From the NCBI GenBank assembly GCA_017542345.1, contig JAFXXI010000009.1:32022-96021 (forward strand): DNA of 64,000 bases, read 5' to 3'. Shown here one piece after another: positions 54,219-64,000 of the stretch; positions within the stretch are counted from its first letter, which is position 1; every line of letters begins with the position of its first letter. Source of the stretch: Bacteroidales bacterium. Its GTDB lineage: Bacteria; Bacteroidota; Bacteroidia; Bacteroidales; P3. The notes under the pieces are model-generated. The model made no database searches, was not told the origin of the DNA, and saw nothing but the letters and a program-made list of their open reading frames with translations. Made by a program: the position numbers and the translations under genes.

Positions 54219-55901
54219 TTACTGCTTTTCTGCGGTAATCTTTTCAAGCCACTTGAGCATGCCGAACATGACGGCCATGGCGATGAGGCAGATGACGGCG
54301 AAGACGGCCCAGCACATCCACAGCTTGGGCATACCGTTGTACAGGTACGGTCCAAGGAGGATAAGCAGGTTGCCGATGGCGGTGGCGCTGAGCCACAGAC
54401 CCTGGCAGATACCCTGGATATGCTTGGGGGCAATCTTCGACACGAAGCTCAATCCCAGCGGGCTGATGAAGAGCTCGGCCACAGTGAGGAAGAAGTAGGT
54501 GACTATCAAAGCCCACGGGCCAACCTTGACATCGAGGGGCACGCTGCCGTTGTAGTATTCAGGCGAGTTGAAGCCGGCGACCCCGCTCAAAGCCACCAGG
54601 AAGATGTAGGCACAAGCCGCGATGGCCATGCCGAAGGCAATCTTCTTCGGGGTGGAGACCTCCTTGCCGCTACGGGCGAGCTTGGCGAAGAGCCACATGA
54701 TGATGGGCGTGAGGATGATGACGAAGAAGGGGTTGATGCACTGCATAATCTCGGGCGGGATGGCGTCGTTCTGGATGAAGTCGCGGGCGAAGAGGGCCAG
54801 CGACTCGCCGTTCTGGTGGAATGCAAACCAGAAGAAGACGCACACGCCGAGCACGGCATAGAGGCCGGCCATGCGCTGCTTGACCTCCTTGGCCATGGCG
54901 GCTTTCTCCTCGGCAGTGTAGGTCACAGCCTTCTCTTCGGCAGCCGAGGATGCTTTCTTGACGGGGTTGGGCAGGCCCTTCTTGGTGCAGAGGAAGATGG
55001 TGAGGGAGATAAGCATGGCAGCCACGGAAGCAATAAAGGCGAAGTGGACGCCGGTGTTGAACACGGTGATGTAGCTGTCGCAGAACTGGGTCATGTCGAC
55101 ACCCTGGGTGGCCAGTTCGGGCTGCTTGGCAACGAGCTCGGTGAGGTTGGCCACTGCCTCGGGCTTCATGGCGTCGCTGTTGGCCACAAAGTCATGGCAG
55201 AGCTTGGGCAGGTCGGCATTGTAGACCATGTTGTGGGCATTCAGCCACCAGTTGCGGATGATGGGGGCGATGAAGGGGGCGATGACGCCGCCGATGTTGA
55301 TGAAGACGTAGAAGATCTGGAAGCCGGTGTCGCGTTTCTCCTTGGCTTTGGCCAGGGCCTCGGAACCCTGCTTGGCGGCCTCGGCCTCGAAGTCGTCGTA
55401 GAGCTGGCCTACGACAGCCTGCAGGTTGCCCTTGAACAGACCGTTACCGCAGGCGATGATGATGAGGGCCAGCATGGTGAGGACCATCACCCACGAGAAG
55501 CCGTGGCCGCTGAACACGGGGATGGAAAGGATGCAATAGCCAACGGCCATGACGATGAGGCCGGTGATGATGGTGCCCTTATAGTTCTTGGTGCGGTCGG
55601 CGATGATGCCGCCGGGCAGCGAGAGCACATAGATGAGGAAGTAGAACACGGCAAACATGATGCCGGCGGTCTTGTCGGGCACACCGAACTTCGAGCAGAT
55701 GAACAGCGTTAGCACGGCGTTCATGATGTAGTAGCCGAAACGTTCGCCCATGTTGCTCAAGGCGGCAGGAATGAGCCCCTTGGGATGTTCCTTCAGTGCC
55801 TTGCGCACATAAAAGATGATGAACGGAGTGACAACAATCAGACCCGCCACGAGCATAAACAGCGGCGTGTTGGCATTCCACAGATTTGTAATAAAATCCA
55901 T
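54219..55901 (-). CDS. Proton-dependent oligopeptide transporter (POT/PTR2 family, DtpT-like)
   Basis: 560 aa, polytopic. Motifs GERFGYYIMNAV and FYVFINIGG are typical of POT transporters. Confidence 0.88.
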   Translation of the reverse strand: MDFITNLWNANTPLFMLVAGLIVVTPFIIFYVRKALKEHPKGLIPAALSNMGERFGYYIMNAVLTLFICSKFGVPDKTAGIMFAVFYFLIYVLSLPGGIIADRTKNYKGTIITGLIVMAVGYCILSIPVFSGHGFSWVMVLTMLALIIIACGNGLFKGNLQAVVGQLYDDFEAEAAKQGSEALAKAKEKRDTGFQIFYVFINIGGVIAPFIAPIIRNWWLNAHNMVYNADLPKLCHDFVANSDAMKPEAVANLTELVAKQPELATQGVDMTQFCDSYITVFNTGVHFAFIASVAAMLISLTIFLCTKKGLPNPVKKASSAAEEKAVTYTAEEKAAMAKEVKQRMAGLYAVLGVCVFFWFAFHQNGESLALFARDFIQNDAIPPEIMQCINPFFVIILTPIIMWLFAKLARSGKEVSTPKKIAFGMAIAACAYIFLVALSGVAGFNSPEYYNGSVPLDVKVGPWALIVTYFFLTVAELFISPLGLSFVSKIAPKHIQGICQGLWLSATAIGNLLILLGPYLYNGMPKLWMCWAVFAVICLIAMAVMFGMLKWLEKITAEKQ

Positions 55902-56039
55902 AGTTGTAATGTTTTGGTTTATAATTTATTTAACTGATTTCAACATTCAGTGGACCGACAAATCAATGTGCAAAGGTACAAAAAAAAGTTGACACTGCCA
56001 AGTCCGTGCCGTTTTTTTTTGTATTTTTGCAGCGCAAAT

Positions 56040-56600
56040 ATGGAGCAGATTATCCAACAGACTGTCGAGGCATTGCAACGCGACGCCACCCTCCTCTACC
56101 CCACCGATACCATATGGGGCATCGGCTGCGACGCACGCAACACCGCCGCCGTGGAACGTCTCTATACCATCAAGGGTCGCGACCACAGCAAAAGCATGCT
56201 CATTCTTTGCGCCAGCGAACAAATGGAGAGCGGAAAGTGGAGAGTGAAGAACGGGGAACGGCCGACGACCTATATCCTGCCGGAGACAATCTGGCGACGG
56301 GAGCTGAAGGTGGCCATCGCCGACAACCTCTGTGCCGCTGACGGAACGCTGGGCATCCGCATACCCAACCATCCCTTCTGCCAGGAAGTCATCCGCCGTC
56401 TCGGCGCACCGCTGGTGAGCACCTCGGCCAACCTCTCGGGACACCCTTCTCCCAAAAACTACCATGAAATTGAGGACGAGCTGCGCCGGCGCGTGGACTT
56501 CTGTGTTCCGCCCCTCCCCGCACTGCTTTCCGAAGAGACCCGCGGCAGCCGTATTGTCAAAGTAAACCCAGACGGAACCACCACTGTCATACGCCCGTAG
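56040..56600 (+). CDS. tsaC: L-threonylcarbamoyladenylate synthase (TsaC/YrdC family)
   Basis: The start is at the internal ATG 56040 (MEQIIQQTVEALQRDATLLYPTDTIWGIGCDA..), just after the TATTTTTG box at 56022-56029. It also shows ..APLVSTSANLSGHPSP.. Confidence 0.85.
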   Translation: MEQIIQQTVEALQRDATLLYPTDTIWGIGCDARNTAAVERLYTIKGRDHSKSMLILCASEQMESGKWRVKNGERPTTYILPETIWRRELKVAIADNLCAADGTLGIRIPNHPFCQEVIRRLGAPLVSTSANLSGHPSPKNYHEIEDELRRRVDFCVPPLPALLSEETRGSRIVKVNPDGTTTVIRP

Positions 56601-57090
56601 CGACGGCCACGGCGGCTACAACGTCAGGCAATCCCGTATCCAAATCAGTAACCTCGCAGTCGCCCGCCCCCAGGGCGTCGACCATGCTTCCGAATCCTTT
56701 GATGCCGGTGCCTCGGCATTTGAGGACAGCCTCCTTGCGGGTCCAAAGGCGCAGGAACGCCATCACGGAGTCGTCCGCCGCACGCACCGCAGCCAGCTCG
56801 TCGGCCGTGCAGACACGCTCCATCAGCCCGTCGCCGATGCGGCGGCGGCACTCGATGTCAATGCCCACTTTGCCCTCCATGCTGACCGCTGCCGCCACCG
56901 CTGTGCGGCAGTGGCTGAGGCTCACATGCAGTTCAGGATGTTCCGGCAGATACGGCGCCCCCTCCGTGTCGTGTTCCAACGTGGGACGCCCCCCCGTCAA
57001 ACGGCACAGCAAACCATAGGCCGCGTCATGCTCGCGCTGGCGCGGACTGCCGTCAGTGTCGGCCCTCAAAGGCTCGACAAGCCATTTCAT
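56587..57090 (-). CDS. 4'-phosphopantetheinyl transferase superfamily protein
   Basis: 167 aa with motifs KVGIDIE and LWTRKEAVLK. Confidence 0.8.
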   Translation of the reverse strand: MKWLVEPLRADTDGSPRQREHDAAYGLLCRLTGGRPTLEHDTEGAPYLPEHPELHVSLSHCRTAVAAAVSMEGKVGIDIECRRRIGDGLMERVCTADELAAVRAADDSVMAFLRLWTRKEAVLKCRGTGIKGFGSMVDALGAGDCEVTDLDTGLPDVVAAVAVATGV

Positions 57091-57404
57091 GCCTTGCCAA
57101 TGATGTCGTAGGGCACCGTGTCACCCTGCATCGGCATCCTCGGCTCTTCGATGGTGCCGAATTGCTGCTCGTACTTCTTGATGTTGTCGTTCAGCGCCGC
57201 CAGCGTGCGTTTGGCGTGGATGGGATTCATGATGATGCGCTGGCGCACCGCTGCGCCATCGATGCCGGGCAGTATCTGAGCAAAGTCGAGGATTATCTCC
57301 GTAGGATTGTGGCTGATGACCACCAAATTGCTGTAGATGCCCTGCGCCGCTTCGGGCGTGATGTTGAGCTTCAGGTTCGGCTGTTGTTCTTTCTGGTTTG
57401 CCAT
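57087..57404 (-). CDS. DUF3467-family small protein (family name from memory; conserved downstream of rpoC in Bacteroidales)
   Basis: 105 aa from the internal ATG 57404: MANQKEQQPNLKLNITPEAAQGIYSNLVVISHNPTEIILDFAQ.. The upstream part of ORF 57087-57650 is Arg/Cys-rich and looks non-coding. Confidence 0.7.
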   Translation of the reverse strand: MANQKEQQPNLKLNITPEAAQGIYSNLVVISHNPTEIILDFAQILPGIDGAAVRQRIIMNPIHAKRTLAALNDNIKKYEQQFGTIEEPRMPMQGDTVPYDIIGKA

Positions 57405-57728
57405 TGTCTTGTCTGTTTTCCTCATATAACGCTGCCTCGGGCTGTTTATTGTGCCGCGTGTCCTGATTTTGCCACTCCACACAGCCCATGCACACGCTGT
57501 CCGACGCCTGTCCCGCATAGTCCTGCACAAAGCCATAGATCCACACCTTGGCGTCCCTCCAGCGGTCGGGCAACTGCAACGACACCTGCTCCGCACGACG
57601 CGGTGCCGAGCCCGACAGCATCCCCGTGCCCTCCGACGGACACCAGGCATAGAGGTACACCTCGTCCTCGCCCGACACCGGCAGGTGCTGCGGATTGCAT
57701 TCGAACGCCACCATCAGTCTGTTGGGCA

Positions 57729-57763
57729 TAAAAAAAGAGGCAACCGCGTTGGCGGTTGCCTCT
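57729..57763 (-). terminator. rpoC terminator
   Basis: AGAGGCAACCGC-gttg-GCGGTTGCCTCT is a 12-bp stem (57736-57763), followed on the minus strand by TTTTTT. It lies 24 nt after the rpoC stop. Confidence 0.8.
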
Positions 57764-57786
57764 TGGACGTAAGTGTCTGTGTGTGA

Positions 57787-62262
<4,476 letters not shown>

Positions 62263-62293
62263 GTTCTTCTATGCTTACAATCTATGGAACAAC

Positions 62294-64000
62294 TTATTCA
62301 AATGTTACCTCAAGGCCGAGGCCACGGAGTTCGTGGACAAGGACGTTGAACGACTCGGGAATACCCGGCACCGGCATATTGTCGCCTTTGACAATGGCTT
62401 CGTATGCCTTGGCACGACCCATGACGTCGTCGGACTTGACGGTGAGCACCTCCTGTAGGACATGCGATGCACCGTAGGCTTCCAGAGCCCAGACCTCCAT
62501 CTCACCGAAACGCTGGCCGCCGAAGTTGGCTTTACCGCCGAGGGGCTGCTGGGTGATGAGGGAGTAAGGACCGATGGAACGGGCGTGCATCTTATCGTCA
62601 ATCATGTGGTGCAGCTTGAGATAATAGATGTAGCCGACGGTGGCGGGCTGGTCGAAGCGTTCGCCGGTCTCGCCGTCGTAGAGGTAAGTGCGGCCGTTCT
62701 CGGGCAGACCTGCTTCACGCATGTAGCCGTTGATCTGTTCGAGGGTGGCACCGTCGAAGATAGGAGTCTTGAAGCGCTTGTTGAGCACCTTGCCGGCCCA
62801 TCCGAGGACAGTCTCGTAAATCTGGCCGAGGTTCATTCGCGAAGGCACGCCGAGGGGGTTGAGCACGATGTCGACAGGTGTACCGTCGGCGAGGAAAGGC
62901 ATATCCTCGGCACGGACAATCTTCGACACGATACCCTTGTTACCATGGCGACCGGCCATCTTATCACCGATGCGCAGTTTACGCTTCATGGCGATGTAGA
63001 CCTTGGCCATCTGGACGATGCCGCTGGGCAGGTCGTCACCAACGGTGAGAGCGAACTTGTTGCGGGTGAAGCGACCGTTGATTTCGCGGAATTTGATGTT
63101 ATAGTTGTTCAGTAGTTCTTTAATAAGGGCGTTGGTCTCCTTGTCGGTGGTCCACTTGTTGGGGCTGACCTCGGTGTAGTCGATGGTCTTGAGCGTCTTG
63201 GCGCTGAACTTCGCTTTCTTGGGGATGAGCTCCTCGCGGTGGTTCGTGTAGACACCATTGGAGACTTTGCCGTTGAGGATGACAAGCAACTGGGAGATAA
63301 GTTTGTCTTTCAGCTCCTCGCACTCGAAGCGGTACTCCTCCTCCGGCTTGGCAAGCAACTCTTTCTCCTTGGCACGGGATTTGCGGTCACGGATGACGCG
63401 GGCAAAGAGCTTCTTGTCGATGACCACACCGTGCATCGAAGGCGGAACTTTGAGGGAGGCGTCCTTCACATCACCGGCTTTGTCGCCGAAGATGGCGCGG
63501 AGCAGTTTCTCCTCGGGAGTGGGATCGGACTCACCCTTCGGGGTAATCTTGCCGATGAGGATGTCGCCCTCCTTAACCTCGGCACCAATACGGATGATAC
63601 CGTTCTCGTCAAGATCTTTGGTAGCATCATTACCAACATTGGGAATGTCGCGGGTGAGCTCTTCGTTGCCGCGCTTGGTCTCACGGACCTCGAGGGTGAA
63701 TTCCTCAACGTGAACCGAGGTATAAATGTCTTCGCGCACCACGCGCTCGGAGATAACCACGGCATCCTCGAAGTTGTAACCCTTCCACGGCATGAAGGCC
63801 ACCATCATATTGCGGCCGAGGGCAAGTTCACCACCCTGAGTAGCATAACCCTCGCAGAGCACCTGACCTTTCTTGACCTTGTCGCCCTTCTTGACGATAG
63901 GACGCAAGTTGATGGCGGTAGAATGGTTGGTGCGCTGGTACTTGGTAAGTTTGTATTCCTTAACATCGTCGTCGAAGGAGACGAGACGCTCCTTCTCGGT
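62294..64000 (-). CDS. rpoB: DNA-directed RNA polymerase subunit beta (C-terminal 569 codons; 5' end beyond the window)
   Basis: It shows ..[18 protein letters not shown].. and ..[18 protein letters not shown].. I hand-translated 63908-64000 and it stays in frame (..[14 protein letters not shown]). Confidence 0.95.
   Translation of the reverse strand, partial: TEKERLVSFDDDVKEYKLTKYQRTNHSTAINLRPIVKKGDKVKKGQVLCEGYATQGGELALGRNMMVAFMPWKGYNFEDAVVISERVVREDIYTSVHVEEFTLEVRETKRGNEELTRDIPNVGNDATKDLDENGIIRIGAEVKEGDILIGKITPKGESDPTPEEKLLRAIFGDKAGDVKDASLKVPPSMHGVVIDKKLFARVIRDRKSRAKEKELLAKPEEEYRFECEELKDKLISQLLVILNGKVSNGVYTNHREELIPKKAKFSAKTLKTIDYTEVSPNKWTTDKETNALIKELLNNYNIKFREINGRFTRNKFALTVGDDLPSGIVQMAKVYIAMKRKLRIGDKMAGRHGNKGIVSKIVRAEDMPFLADGTPVDIVLNPLGVPSRMNLGQIYETVLGWAGKVLNKRFKTPIFDGATLEQINGYMREAGLPENGRTYLYDGETGERFDQPATVGYIYYLKLHHMIDDKMHARSIGPYSLITQQPLGGKANFGGQRFGEMEVWALEAYGASHVLQEVLTVKSDDVMGRAKAYEAIVKGDNMPVPGIPESFNVLVHELRGLGLEVTFE

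Overview
This is a 64-kb chromosomal window from a high-GC member of the Bacteroidota; hand-counted 100-nt coding samples give about 56-62% GC. The phylum call rests on TAnnTTTG-type promoters, a T9SS type-B C-terminal sorting domain, and the syntenies uppS-bamA-ompH-ompH, acpP-fabF-rnc and rpoB-rpoC-DUF3467. The left 17.8 kb holds three giant minus-strand surface-protein genes: two 'xVYGGG' beta-helix proteins and a 2870-aa modular T9SS type-B protein. After these come tnaA, a wza/wzc/ompA-family export trio, and the UppS/BamA/OmpH envelope block. Next is a three-gene outer-membrane operon with a ComEA-like HhH protein. The rest is housekeeping: rnc, fabF, acpP, purN, pgi, ssb, mutY, rpmB, rpsU, a POT transporter, tsaC, a PPTase, rpoC and the 3' part of rpoB. 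The most interesting item is a tightly packed six-gene operon (46902-53954, minus strand). It is built around a YdjI-type SPFH protein carrying four zinc ribbons, plus five proteins I cannot assign to any family. Second is a 79-nt structured intergenic repeat core present in three copies. I recognised no rRNA, tRNA, CRISPR, transposase or integrase. Many long ORFs in the track are antisense shadow ORFs of the GC-rich genes and were rejected.
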